From positions 521,348 to 585,347 of the forward strand of contig CP129474.1 in the NCBI GenBank assembly GCA_030583765.1: a DNA stretch of 64,000 nucleotides, written 5' to 3'. Within the stretch, counting starts at the first letter, position 1; every line of letters begins with the position of its first letter. The notes below the pieces were generated by a model. That model did no database searches. It was not told the origin of the DNA and saw only the letters and a program-made list of their open reading frames with translations. Positions 51,576 to 60,665 of this stretch are shown piece after piece. Both the position numbers and the translations under genes were made by a program. This DNA comes from Minisyncoccota bacterium (GTDB lineage: Bacteria > Patescibacteriota > Minisyncoccia > 2-02-FULL-40-12 > GWA2-44-9).

Positions 51576-51851
51576 ATGAAATACATGGACGAAAGTGCTA
51601 AGGCTCGCGTAGTGCGGCGCCTTAAGCTTTTGGAAGGGCAGGTGCGAGGGTTGCAAAAAATGATCGTGCAGGACACTTACTGCATCGATGTTATTACTCA
51701 GACCTCTGCAGTAAAGCAGGGGCTTTCGAATGTTGAAGATCTGCTACTTGAGAACCATCTTGACCATTGCGTACATCATCAGATGCAATCAGGCCAGGCA
51801 AAGAAGGCAAAAGAGGAAATTATAAAAGTATATAAACTGAAAAGAAAATAA
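51576..51851 (+). CDS. csoR: CsoR/RcnR-family metal-sensing transcriptional repressor
   Basis: 91 aa with ...[37 protein letters not shown]...HLDHCV... (the W-X-Y-Z Cys/His ligands). It precedes copA. Confidence 0.8.
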   Translation: MKYMDESAKARVVRRLKLLEGQVRGLQKMIVQDTYCIDVITQTSAVKQGLSNVEDLLLENHLDHCVHHQMQSGQAKKAKEEIIKVYKLKRK

Positions 51852-51852
51852 T

Positions 51853-54150
51853 ATGACGCATACACAAACCTATAATGTGAAAGGAATGCACTGCGCCTCG
51901 TGCTCATCGGTGATTGAGAAAGCGGTCCGCAAGGTTCCCGGCGTTGAGTCGGTTGCAGTAAATTTTGGCACCGAGAAGGCAAAGATTTCTTTTGATCCAT
52001 CAAAAACAAACCCGCACGATGTTTCGAAGCATATTGAGCCACTCGGCTATTCTTTAGAAGTTCCTTCTTCTGCAGAAGAAATGGGCATGTCTGAGAGCGA
52101 GCATGCCGCACACACAGGTATCAATCAGTCAAAAAAAGAAAAACTTGCGGAAGTCGCCGATATGCGGACGAAGGTACTCTCTGCTGGCCCAATAGCGCTT
52201 TTTGCGGCATTTGTTATGGGTTGGGATATATTAGCCCAATACGGTCGCGTTAGCGCTATGGGTGATGTGCTGGGGGAGTTCGTTCATCATCTTCTCCCCG
52301 TGATGGCGACGTACATTCTCTTTGTAGTGGGGAAACCATATCTCCTTGGCGTTTATCGGTTCGTTCGCTTTGGTAAAGCGAACATGGACACGCTTATTGG
52401 CATTGGGACAGTGACCGCATTTTTATATAGCTTTGCGGTCAGCGCCTTTGAAGATGTGCTGCGGCCGTTCGTGAACGTTGAGCATCAATACTATGATGTG
52501 ACTATTGTCGTTATTACATTTATTGCTCTTGGGAAATATTTAGAAGCGAGGTCAAAAATAAAGACGGGTGATGCTATTGAAAAGCTCCTCAATCTACAGG
52601 CAAAAACTGCACTCGTTATGAGGGATGGTAAAGAGGTCGAAGTCTCTGTCAACGATGTTCGTCACGGCGATTTTATTATCGTGAAACCCGGAGCGAAGAT
52701 TCCAGTAGACGGAGTCGTCACAGAAGGCAGCTCATTTGTCGACGAGTCCATGGTCACCGGTGAACCGATGCCCGTTCAAAAGCAGGGCGGTGATAGTGTG
52801 GTTTCCGGGACTCTCAATACGAGCGGCTCATTCGTATTTCGAGCAACAAAAGTTGGATCCGAGACGCTCTTGGCTCAAATTATCAAAATGGTGGAAGATG
52901 CCCAAGGTAGTCGAGCTCCTATCCAGGCGCTTGCCGACAAGATTTCCGCGGTGTTTGTTCCCATTGTTCTCCTGATAGCATTCCTGACTTTGGCGATTTG
53001 GCTTATGGTCGGGTCTCAATATATGGGATTTTCGCAGGCGCTTTCATTTGGACTCGTCTCTTTCGTTGGTATTCTAGTTATTGCCTGCCCATGTGCTCTT
53101 GGGCTTGCTACCCCAACGGCGATTATTGTTGGCGTTGGTAAGGGGGCGAAGGAGGGAATTCTTGTTAAGGACGCGGCGACCCTTGAGAAATTGCATCAAG
53201 TGAATACGGTGGTTGTCGATAAAACAGGCACCATCACCAAGGGAAAGCCTACACTTGTTGATGTTATTAATCTTTCCCGTATGTCAGATGATGAGCTTGT
53301 TGCTGTCGTTGCTTCGCTAGAAAAGAAGTCCGAACATCCCATCGCCCATGCAATTACTCAGTATGCCCATGAGAATGCTCTAAACATGCTGGAAGTGGGC
53401 GGATTTTCGATCGTGGAAGGAAAGGGGCTTCGCGGGACCATAAATGCCGTTGAATATTTTGTTGGGAATACGAAGCTTGTAGGCGACCTAGGACTCACAT
53501 TTGACGCTACGGCGCTGGATCGCTTTACCTCTCAAGGAAAGACACCGGTTATTCTTGCGACGCGCGACGCAGTACTCGGTTTCGTGATGGTTGCTGATGA
53601 AATAAAGCCTGAGGCTCAACGGGCGATCGCCGATCTTCACCAACTCGGTATCGATGTTGTGATGCTCACGGGAGACGATGAAAAGACGGCGCAATATATC
53701 GCCTCTCTTGTTGGCATCGATGATGTGATCGCACAAGTACTTCCCCATGATAAGCTGGAAAAAATCCGTACACTGCAATCACGGGGTCGCATCGTGGCCA
53801 TGGCTGGCGATGGCGTCAACGATGCTCCGGCGCTGGCACAGGCAGATGTTGGTATCGCGATGGGCACGGGAACCGATGTCGCTATAGAGTCAGCCGGTAT
53901 TACGTTATTGGGTGGAGACATCTCCAAACTTGTGAAGGCGGTGAAGCTTTCTAAAATCACGATGCGAGGCATTAAACAGAATCTTTTCTGGGCTTTCATT
54001 TACAACGTGGTTGGCATACCTTTGGCAGCTGGCGTGTTCTATCCATTTTTTGGGTGGATGTTAAACCCCGCATTTGCTGGATTCGCGATGGCGATGTCTT
54101 CAGTGTCTGTTGTGTCAAATTCGTTGCGTATAAAATCTAAAAATATATAA
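51853..54150 (+). CDS. copA: Copper-translocating P1B-type ATPase
   Basis: N-terminal HMA (GMHCASCSS), CPC in TM6, DKTGT phosphorylation site and GDGVNDAP. Confidence 0.9.
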   Translation: MTHTQTYNVKGMHCASCSSVIEKAVRKVPGVESVAVNFGTEKAKISFDPSKTNPHDVSKHIEPLGYSLEVPSSAEEMGMSESEHAAHTGINQSKKEKLAEVADMRTKVLSAGPIALFAAFVMGWDILAQYGRVSAMGDVLGEFVHHLLPVMATYILFVVGKPYLLGVYRFVRFGKANMDTLIGIGTVTAFLYSFAVSAFEDVLRPFVNVEHQYYDVTIVVITFIALGKYLEARSKIKTGDAIEKLLNLQAKTALVMRDGKEVEVSVNDVRHGDFIIVKPGAKIPVDGVVTEGSSFVDESMVTGEPMPVQKQGGDSVVSGTLNTSGSFVFRATKVGSETLLAQIIKMVEDAQGSRAPIQALADKISAVFVPIVLLIAFLTLAIWLMVGSQYMGFSQALSFGLVSFVGILVIACPCALGLATPTAIIVGVGKGAKEGILVKDAATLEKLHQVNTVVVDKTGTITKGKPTLVDVINLSRMSDDELVAVVASLEKKSEHPIAHAITQYAHENALNMLEVGGFSIVEGKGLRGTINAVEYFVGNTKLVGDLGLTFDATALDRFTSQGKTPVILATRDAVLGFVMVADEIKPEAQRAIADLHQLGIDVVMLTGDDEKTAQYIASLVGIDDVIAQVLPHDKLEKIRTLQSRGRIVAMAGDGVNDAPALAQADVGIAMGTGTDVAIESAGITLLGGDISKLVKAVKLSKITMRGIKQNLFWAFIYNVVGIPLAAGVFYPFFGWMLNPAFAGFAMAMSSVSVVSNSLRIKSKNI

Positions 54151-54152
54151 CC

Positions 54153-55160
54153 ATGCATACGTATACATTTCATGTTTCTGGTACGCACTGTGCTTCGTGT
54201 AAAATCTTCATTGAGGATACATTAAGCGAACTAGACTTTGTGTCTCGAGTTCATGTGGATCTTGGGAAAGAAACGGTACTCGTTGAAGCATCTACCACTT
54301 TGGGCCCCGATGGCCTTGCGAACCTCCTTACTCAAAAGGTCGCATCACATGGATACGCACTCTCTGTGGAGCGCGCGGTGAGGGTAACGCAGAGCGGTGA
54401 TCCTCTGTGGAAGGCTTTGGGAGTCGGTTTTTCCTTCCTATTCCTTTTTGTTCTTCTTCAAAAATCGGGGATATTGAACTTTGGCTTTGGTGGGGCGATA
54501 ACGCCAACGACCAGTTTTCTCATCGGGCTTATTGCGTCTGTTTCAAGCTGCTTGGCGGTGGTCGGGGGCCTCGTTTTGTCATTGTCTGCAAAGATATCCC
54601 AAGATAACGTAAGCGATACAAAAACTTTCACCCTATTTCATATCGGTCGAGTCATAGGCTTTGCCATGCTCGGCGGCGTCCTTGGGGCAGTCGGCGGCGT
54701 CCTTGGTGTTAATTTTACGGTAACCGCGATATTGGGCATCGTCGCGTCACTCGTTATGATTTCGCTGGGGCTCAATCTTCTCGGAGTGCTCTCCAAGAAC
54801 AAGCTTACACTGTCGCCGGGCATTTTTAGTTTTTTCAAAAATATAGAGCACACAACGCTTGCCCCATTAGCCCTTGGTCTTGCGACGTTCTTTCTGCCGT
54901 GTGGGTTTACTCAGGCGATGCAAATTTCTGCGCTGAGTAGTGGATCATTCACATCCGGCATGTCGATTATGTTTATGTTTGCTCTCGGTACGCTTCCAGT
55001 GCTTGCGCTTCTCTCATTCGGATCAGCATCATTAGCGCATGGGAAATACTCATCCTTGTTCTTTAAATCAGCGGGAGTTGTTGTTGTTGGCCTTGGCCTC
55101 CTCTCTCTCCTTGCTGGACTTGCGGCGCTTGGTATTATTAATCCTCTCTTCACTATATAA
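54153..55160 (+). CDS. HMA-domain protein fused to a DsbD/CcdA-like (or TauE-like) polytopic membrane domain
   Basis: N-terminal HMA (GTHCASCK). Cysteines are conserved in TM segments (SSCLAVVGG, FFLPCGF). It lies in the copper cluster. Confidence 0.55.
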   Translation: MHTYTFHVSGTHCASCKIFIEDTLSELDFVSRVHVDLGKETVLVEASTTLGPDGLANLLTQKVASHGYALSVERAVRVTQSGDPLWKALGVGFSFLFLFVLLQKSGILNFGFGGAITPTTSFLIGLIASVSSCLAVVGGLVLSLSAKISQDNVSDTKTFTLFHIGRVIGFAMLGGVLGAVGGVLGVNFTVTAILGIVASLVMISLGLNLLGVLSKNKLTLSPGIFSFFKNIEHTTLAPLALGLATFFLPCGFTQAMQISALSSGSFTSGMSIMFMFALGTLPVLALLSFGSASLAHGKYSSLFFKSAGVVVVGLGLLSLLAGLAALGIINPLFTI

Positions 55161-55162
55161 CC

Positions 55163-55564
55163 ATGCGCATACCCACGACACTCTCGATTGTTTTAGGAAC
55201 CGTACTCGTCGTCGCCGCTGGCGTCGGATCGCTTGTGCTCCTGAAAAATATTCTCGAACCCAAAGAGGCGGTATCTGAGCAAAATGTGGAAATACGAGAC
55301 GGTATCCAGTACGTCACCATCAAAGCACGTGGCGGGTATTCTCCGAGACAGTCGCGCGCGCAAGCAAACATACCCACGCGGCTCATCGTCAAGACTAACG
55401 GCACATATGATTGCTCTCTCGCGCTCGTGATTCGCTCAATCGGTTATCAGAAGATTTTATCCCAGACTGGTGAAGAGGTGATTGATCTGGGCAATCCATC
55501 CCCGGGAACGCTTCAAGGGCTCTGTAGTATGGGCATGTATAGTTTCGCTATTGCCTTCGAGTGA
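55163..55564 (+). CDS. Membrane-anchored cupredoxin-like protein
   Basis: The C-terminal ...GTYDCS...GTLQGLCSMGMYSFAIAF resembles the C...H/M...GM copper-site pattern of small blue-copper folds. There is an N-terminal TM anchor. Confidence 0.45.
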   Translation: MRIPTTLSIVLGTVLVVAAGVGSLVLLKNILEPKEAVSEQNVEIRDGIQYVTIKARGGYSPRQSRAQANIPTRLIVKTNGTYDCSLALVIRSIGYQKILSQTGEEVIDLGNPSPGTLQGLCSMGMYSFAIAFE

Positions 55565-55610
55565 CGCGCTGCGTTTCTATGGCGATTGCAAAATGTGGTA
55601 AGGTGGTGGC

Positions 55611-56114
55611 ATGCGTACCGTTGTGGTGCACGACAAAATGCAGGATGGCTATACCTATGAGTGTACAGCGCCCATGGGTAAGAATTTTGACCCAGAGTTT
55701 ACTCCAGATCTTACTCCGAAAGAAATGCTCGCGCTGGGAGTTTTTGGAGGGAAATACATGACCGATTGTCGTGATGAGTTCCCGGCAGATTGGTTTACGC
55801 ATGCCAAGCTCTCTCCACCGGGGCATAACGCCGCACTCAATTTTTTTGGCGCGCGTGCGAGCCAATCGCTCTCAGTGTGGGTGAAGAAGGGCTGGATCTA
55901 TCCTGAAGATCCGCGCGGATGGTTTCAGTGGTACTGTCGCTACTATATGGGCAGGCGCATCCCCGAAGAAGATGCGCGACAAATTAAGCGCTGGAAGGCA
56001 ATTCGGCGTCACGTTGCACAAGTACGCAAGAACTGCAAGGCGGGAGATGTCACGTGTCGTCCTAAGCAACGCCAGGCACTGCTACATTGGGCATACGATA
56101 GTCGCACGTTATAA
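55611..56114 (+). CDS. Hypothetical protein
   Basis: 167 aa, W/Y/C-rich. No motif was recognised. Confidence 0.4.
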   Translation: MRTVVVHDKMQDGYTYECTAPMGKNFDPEFTPDLTPKEMLALGVFGGKYMTDCRDEFPADWFTHAKLSPPGHNAALNFFGARASQSLSVWVKKGWIYPEDPRGWFQWYCRYYMGRRIPEEDARQIKRWKAIRRHVAQVRKNCKAGDVTCRPKQRQALLHWAYDSRTL

Positions 56115-56123
56115 TAATGCAGC

Positions 56124-56726
56124 ATGCGGAAAAGACTTATCATCGCTGGTGGCATATGTATTGCCGTGGCCGCGCTTATCTGGGCCGCGCTTTTTGTACT
56201 GCGTTTTCCGGAAACGCACCCTGACGCCACATTACGCATTGCAGAGCGCATAGATGCTTTTTTATTTCGCATCACATTTCCTCTGAAGCTTGCGCGTTTA
56301 AGCATGGAAGAGCCTGATGCGGTGTTAGTAATGCCCGTGTACGGCGTTTCAGTGCGGCAGGTGAGCGACACATGGGGCGCTCCTCGGGGCGAAGACCGCG
56401 GGCATGAGGGACAAGATATCTTTGCTCCTCGTGGAACGCCTGTTTTTTCTGCAACGAATGGATACATTGTTCGCATACAAGAGGACAGAGAGTTGGGCGG
56501 CAATACGGTGTGGATTGCTGGTGCAGGCGGGATTCGTTATTACTATGCGCACCTTGATCGGTTCGCAGAGGGCATCGCCGTGGGGCAGTGGGTGACTACC
56601 GATTCTGTGATTGGATTTGTGGGGAATACAGGCAACGCGGTGACTACGCCCCCACACCTTCATTTGGGGATGTATCTGCGCCGTGAAGCGCTGAACCCCT
56701 TTTCTTTACTTGTAAACCGCCCGTAA
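56124..56726 (+). CDS. M23 family metallopeptidase (LytM-like)
   Basis: HEGQDIFAP...GNTVWIAG...YYYAHL...GNTGNAVTTPPHLHLGMY (the HxxxD and HxH zinc ligands). Confidence 0.8.
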   Translation: MRKRLIIAGGICIAVAALIWAALFVLRFPETHPDATLRIAERIDAFLFRITFPLKLARLSMEEPDAVLVMPVYGVSVRQVSDTWGAPRGEDRGHEGQDIFAPRGTPVFSATNGYIVRIQEDRELGGNTVWIAGAGGIRYYYAHLDRFAEGIAVGQWVTTDSVIGFVGNTGNAVTTPPHLHLGMYLRREALNPFSLLVNRP

Positions 56727-56733
56727 CGGGTGC

Positions 56734-56762
56734 TTGACTTTACTATTATTACGTGCTATAAT
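56734..56762 (+). promoter_or_regulatory. Cassette 8 promoter: TTGACT-17bp-TATAAT (perfect consensus)
   Basis: -35 at 56734-39 and -10 at 56757-62. RBS AGGAGGTGGCA is at 56770-80 and ATG at 56782. Confidence 0.6.
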
Positions 56763-56781
56763 TAAGGACAGGAGGTGGCAT

Positions 56782-56925
56782 ATGGTCCACAAGCCGACCC
56801 GCCGTACCCCCGCGTGCATCACGCGGGGCACGCACCGGGAGGTCCCCGCGGCCCCCTGGCTCCGCCCCAGCGAGAAGCTGGGCGCCTGGAGCCCCGAACA
56901 CGGGTTGCCCAAGGAGTACCGCTAG
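56782..56925 (+). CDS. Hypothetical small basic protein (cassette 8)
   Basis: 47 aa, MVHKPTRRTPACITRGTHREVPAAPWLRPSEKLGAWSPEHGLPKEYR. It is extremely GC-rich. Confidence 0.4.
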   Translation: MVHKPTRRTPACITRGTHREVPAAPWLRPSEKLGAWSPEHGLPKEYR

Positions 56926-56948
56926 CGCGGTACCCGAGGACAACCCCA

Positions 56949-56995
56949 GCCCCCGCAAGCGATTGCGGGGGCGCTCTTTTTTCATTGCTTTTTTA
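56949..56995 (+). terminator. Intrinsic terminator of cassette 8
   Basis: GCCCCCGCAA-GCGAT-TGCGGGGGC followed by GCTCTTTTTTCATTGCTTTTTT. Confidence 0.6.
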
Positions 56996-57020
56996 GGGCG
57001 CCATGCTAGAGTAAAATCTC

Positions 57021-58697
57021 ATGCGGTACTTGCCTTCCGTTAAGGTGCAGGTTGCTGTACTTCTTGTTTTTGTCTGCGCACTCTACGCGCAGACGCTTCG
57101 TTTTGATTTTGTCCATTTTGATGAAGATGAGCTGATTATTGATCGTCAAAGCTTCTTGCAAAGCATTGAAAATGTGCCAAAGGCATTTACTACTGATACG
57201 GCCTATCCGTTTGGTCGCTCGGTGTTCTATCGTCCCGTGCAAACACTTTCATTCATGGTGGATGCGCATATTGCGGGTGATCGCCCTCTGTGGTACCACG
57301 GCATGAATATTGCTCTCCATGCAGCCGGTACCCTTTTAGTGTTAGCCGTGTTGCGTGCGCTGAGCTTTGGTCCATGGGCAGCACTTGGGGGCGCACTTGC
57401 TTTTGCAGCACACCCCGCGCTGGTACCTGCGGTTGCATGGGTCCCTGGGCGCAATGACATTCTTGCGGCGATCCCTCTTCTCGCCAGTTTTTGGTTTTTC
57501 ATCCGTTATGCGCACACCCAAAAGCGTAGCTATCTGGTAGCGCATGCACTGTTTTGGCTCTTGGCACTGGGGGCGAAAGAATTCGCCGTAGTCTTGCCGG
57601 TCGTTGCGTACGCATATGCGGTGCTGGTGCGACGCTGGCACTGGCGTACATCATTTACGCTCTCTGAGGCGGCTGTGTGGCTTGGAGGCTGGGTGCTCTA
57701 TGCTGTCGCGCGCACGATAGCTCTTGCCAACGTCCAGACGCTTTCGTTCACTGAGGCATTTCTGTCAGTCGTACGTTCGAGTGGAGCATTTCTAGAATAC
57801 ATCACCAAAGCGGTGGTGCCTGTTCGGTTGGCGCTTATGCCGACGGGCGATCTGACAAACATGATTATTGGTGGGGTACTTGCGCTAGGCGCCCTGATTA
57901 CCATTATCGCATTTCGAAAAAAGACTCAGCTCGCTCAATTCGGTTTTGTGTGGTTCGTGCTTTTCCTCCTTCCATCGCTTGTTACCAACGAGCCGACGGC
58001 GCGCCAGGTTTTCTTCGAGAATCGTCTCTACATGCCGATGGTGGGCATTATTATCGCGGCATTGAGCTTAGTGCGCCTTCTCCCGCGCAAGCCGCTTCTG
58101 ATCGCACGCGGGGCATTAGTGGTTATTGCTATCTTTTTTGCATTCCACACGTTCCAACGTATTCCTGCATTTCAAAACAGTGAGACGTATTGGACGCTTG
58201 CTGCTGCCCAGTCGCCCAACCTTGCACGTGCGCAGGATGGGCTGGGGACAGAATTTTTCCGCAAGCGCAATGTAGGACAGGCGCTCTTCCTGCACCAGCG
58301 TGCACTTGCGCTCCATCCTGAAGCAAAGCGAGTGTGGAATAATATTGGTTCCGCATACCTTTTCATGCATAACATTCCTGCGGCACAAGATGCGTTCGCG
58401 AAAGAAATAGAGAGGAACCCTGGGTTTCCTCCCGCATATCACAACCTAGCAATCACGCTGCTATTCCAAGGGAAGGAAATCGAAGCGGAGCAACTGTGGC
58501 GCCAGGCATTAGCTATCAATCCATGGTATTCATTCGCACACCAAGGACTCGCGCTCCTCACCGCGCAGACGGGACGAATTGATGAAGCAAAAGAGCATAT
58601 CCTCTTTTTAGAGCGAGCAGGCGTCCCTCTTCTTCCAGAGCTGATTCCAATTCGTGATGCGCTCTTTCCATCGCCTACGCCGTCCCCTTCACTCTAG
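57021..58697 (+). CDS. Polytopic membrane protein with C-terminal TPR repeats (PMT/ArnT-like glycosyltransferase family candidate)
   Basis: 558 aa with about 10 TM helices in the N-terminal two-thirds. A TPR-like C-terminus follows (...LHPEAKRVWNNIGSAYLF..., ...AINPWYSFAHQGLALL...). Confidence 0.55.
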   Translation: MRYLPSVKVQVAVLLVFVCALYAQTLRFDFVHFDEDELIIDRQSFLQSIENVPKAFTTDTAYPFGRSVFYRPVQTLSFMVDAHIAGDRPLWYHGMNIALHAAGTLLVLAVLRALSFGPWAALGGALAFAAHPALVPAVAWVPGRNDILAAIPLLASFWFFIRYAHTQKRSYLVAHALFWLLALGAKEFAVVLPVVAYAYAVLVRRWHWRTSFTLSEAAVWLGGWVLYAVARTIALANVQTLSFTEAFLSVVRSSGAFLEYITKAVVPVRLALMPTGDLTNMIIGGVLALGALITIIAFRKKTQLAQFGFVWFVLFLLPSLVTNEPTARQVFFENRLYMPMVGIIIAALSLVRLLPRKPLLIARGALVVIAIFFAFHTFQRIPAFQNSETYWTLAAAQSPNLARAQDGLGTEFFRKRNVGQALFLHQRALALHPEAKRVWNNIGSAYLFMHNIPAAQDAFAKEIERNPGFPPAYHNLAITLLFQGKEIEAEQLWRQALAINPWYSFAHQGLALLTAQTGRIDEAKEHILFLERAGVPLLPELIPIRDALFPSPTPSPSL

Positions 58698-59719
58698 GGG
58701 AGGATGAGCATTGCGTCTCCGAACGAGTAAAAGCGATAGCGTCGCGTGATCGCGTGCGCATAGAGGCGCATAAGCTCGTCGCGGCCTATTATTGATGCGA
58801 TCAGCATCATGAGGCTCGATCGTGGTACATGAAAATTAGTGATGCATCCCGTAATGATTTGTGGCCGCTGTGGGGGGCGGAGAAAGAGGGTTGTGGTTCC
58901 TGTATGCGCGTCCCATTGTTCATTGCGCGCAATAGTCTCTAGTACGCGAATAACCGTAGTCCCAACAGCGATGATGGGGCGACCGGCATCGCGAGCTCTG
59001 CGGATGGCGTCTACTGTCGGTTGTGTTACGCGATACCACTCGCTATGGAGTGCGTTGCGTGCAATGTGTGCCTCAGTGACTGGCGCAAATGTTCCACGAT
59101 TCACGTGGAGTGTCACTGAAACGACCTCATATTTTTTTCGAACTCGCTCGAGAAGCTCCGGCGTGAAGTGAAGCGAAGCAGTTGGTGCGGCTACCGAACC
59201 TCGCTCACGAGCGAACACGGTTTGGTATTCTATGCGCGCTTGGGCTTCTGAAAGGGGTGAATGCTTTATATAGGGAGGTAGCGGCGTTGTGCCGTGTGTT
59301 TCTAAAAATGAAAAAAAATCTTCAGCTGGAACAGGGAGAGAGCATATATACCCATCGGACGTTCGTTCCAAGACAGATAGAGTATGTCCGCCGCAGGAGA
59401 GGACGTCTCCAGTACTGAGCGGCTTTGGAGCCCACCACAGCGATGTTGTATCAGTGTGTGCTATATAGAGCATCGACACTGTACCACCTGTACGTTTTGT
59501 GAAGGCAACACGTGCTGGGAGCACCCGGGTATCGTTGAGTACTAGGAGAGTGTTTGCGGGGAGAGCATCAATAACATGCGCAAAGGTTGTGTCTTGTATC
59601 TCTCCCGTTTGTTTATGGTAAATAAGTAAACGCGCGGCGTCGCGTGGTGTTGTCGGCTGCTTTGCTATGAGCTCGTCTGGGAGAGTGTAGTCGTATTGCG
59701 CGAGGATATCATCAGGCAT
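58694..59719 (-). CDS. queA: S-adenosylmethionine:tRNA ribosyltransferase-isomerase
   Basis: 341 aa with MPDDILAQYDYTLPDELIAKQP... and ...LPPYI... motifs typical of QueA. Confidence 0.85.
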   Translation of the reverse strand: MPDDILAQYDYTLPDELIAKQPTTPRDAARLLIYHKQTGEIQDTTFAHVIDALPANTLLVLNDTRVLPARVAFTKRTGGTVSMLYIAHTDTTSLWWAPKPLSTGDVLSCGGHTLSVLERTSDGYICSLPVPAEDFFSFLETHGTTPLPPYIKHSPLSEAQARIEYQTVFARERGSVAAPTASLHFTPELLERVRKKYEVVSVTLHVNRGTFAPVTEAHIARNALHSEWYRVTQPTVDAIRRARDAGRPIIAVGTTVIRVLETIARNEQWDAHTGTTTLFLRPPQRPQIITGCITNFHVPRSSLMMLIASIIGRDELMRLYAHAITRRYRFYSFGDAMLILP

Positions 59720-59767
59720 GCTCTAGTGTAGTGGTATACTGTTAAGAAGAGCAAGGCCCCTTTTAAC

Positions 59768-60649
59768 ATGCGTGTTACTATTATTGGTACTGGAGAATTG
59801 GGAAGCGCAATCGCTCATGCAGTGCGCGTGGGCGGCCATACGCTTTCACTTTGGGATGCGGCCCCAACAAAGCCGCGCACTCATGCAACGTGCGAAGAAG
59901 CGCTTGCTGCAGCTGAGCTTGTCTACGTGTGTGTTCCTTCGGGAGGACTCCGTAGCGCGCTTGAAACGATCGAATCGTGCATACCAGAGGCGGCTTCTGT
60001 ATGTGTTGCTACAAAAGGCATCGATGGTGGGCGCCGACCTGATGAGTGGGCAGCGCACGTGTTAGGTGATCGGCGTGCGTGGGGGATCTTAGGTGGTGCG
60101 TGCATCGCCGAAGAAGTGCGCGCGAGCATGCCAACGATGCTCGTGGTGGGGAGTGATGAAGAGCGCGTGGCGCACGCCGTTGGCGCATCTCTCTCTCATG
60201 CGGGTATTACTGTTTCGTGGACGGCGCATAGTGACATCGTGGCCCGTCGCAACGCGCTCAAAAATGTGTACGCGATTGGCATTAGCGCCGTGCGCGCGTG
60301 TGCGGGATGGAATGCTGCTGGGCTCGCCAGCGCGTGCGCTATTGATGAGATGGAAGTCTATGCTCCGGCGCGCGCTGATCATGCGCTGTTTCGTGCAAGT
60401 GTTGCTGATTTGATCGCTACTGCGTTTAGCGGCGATACGGCGCATGCGCGCATTGGTCGTGCATTGGCGGACGGGGAAATTGTCTCGGGAGATAGCGAGG
60501 GGATCCGAGCGCTTTTGCATATGCGCGAAGATGCGCGCCGTGCACATATACGTGTGCCATTTCTTGACTGTATTGCCTCGGTATATGAAGGCGAACAGGC
60601 TGCATCGGCGCTGGTTTCTGTTGTGATTCAGGCTCACGCGTCGCGTTGA
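59768..60649 (+). CDS. NAD(P)-dependent glycerol-3-phosphate dehydrogenase-like oxidoreductase (Rossmann N-terminus)
   Basis: N-terminus MRVTIIGTGELGSAIA. It is alanine-rich with native codon style. This is a family-level guess. Confidence 0.5.
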   Translation: MRVTIIGTGELGSAIAHAVRVGGHTLSLWDAAPTKPRTHATCEEALAAAELVYVCVPSGGLRSALETIESCIPEAASVCVATKGIDGGRRPDEWAAHVLGDRRAWGILGGACIAEEVRASMPTMLVVGSDEERVAHAVGASLSHAGITVSWTAHSDIVARRNALKNVYAIGISAVRACAGWNAAGLASACAIDEMEVYAPARADHALFRASVADLIATAFSGDTAHARIGRALADGEIVSGDSEGIRALLHMREDARRAHIRVPFLDCIASVYEGEQAASALVSVVIQAHASR

Positions 60650-60665
60650 CGCGAGCCCGTTTTTT

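Noticed and set aside
59768-60649. GC-rich GpsA-like gene as a possible ninth foreign cassette.
   Set aside because: It has no consensus promoter/SD grammar. Its codon style is alanine-rich but not GC3-saturated. It looks like a native high-GC gene.
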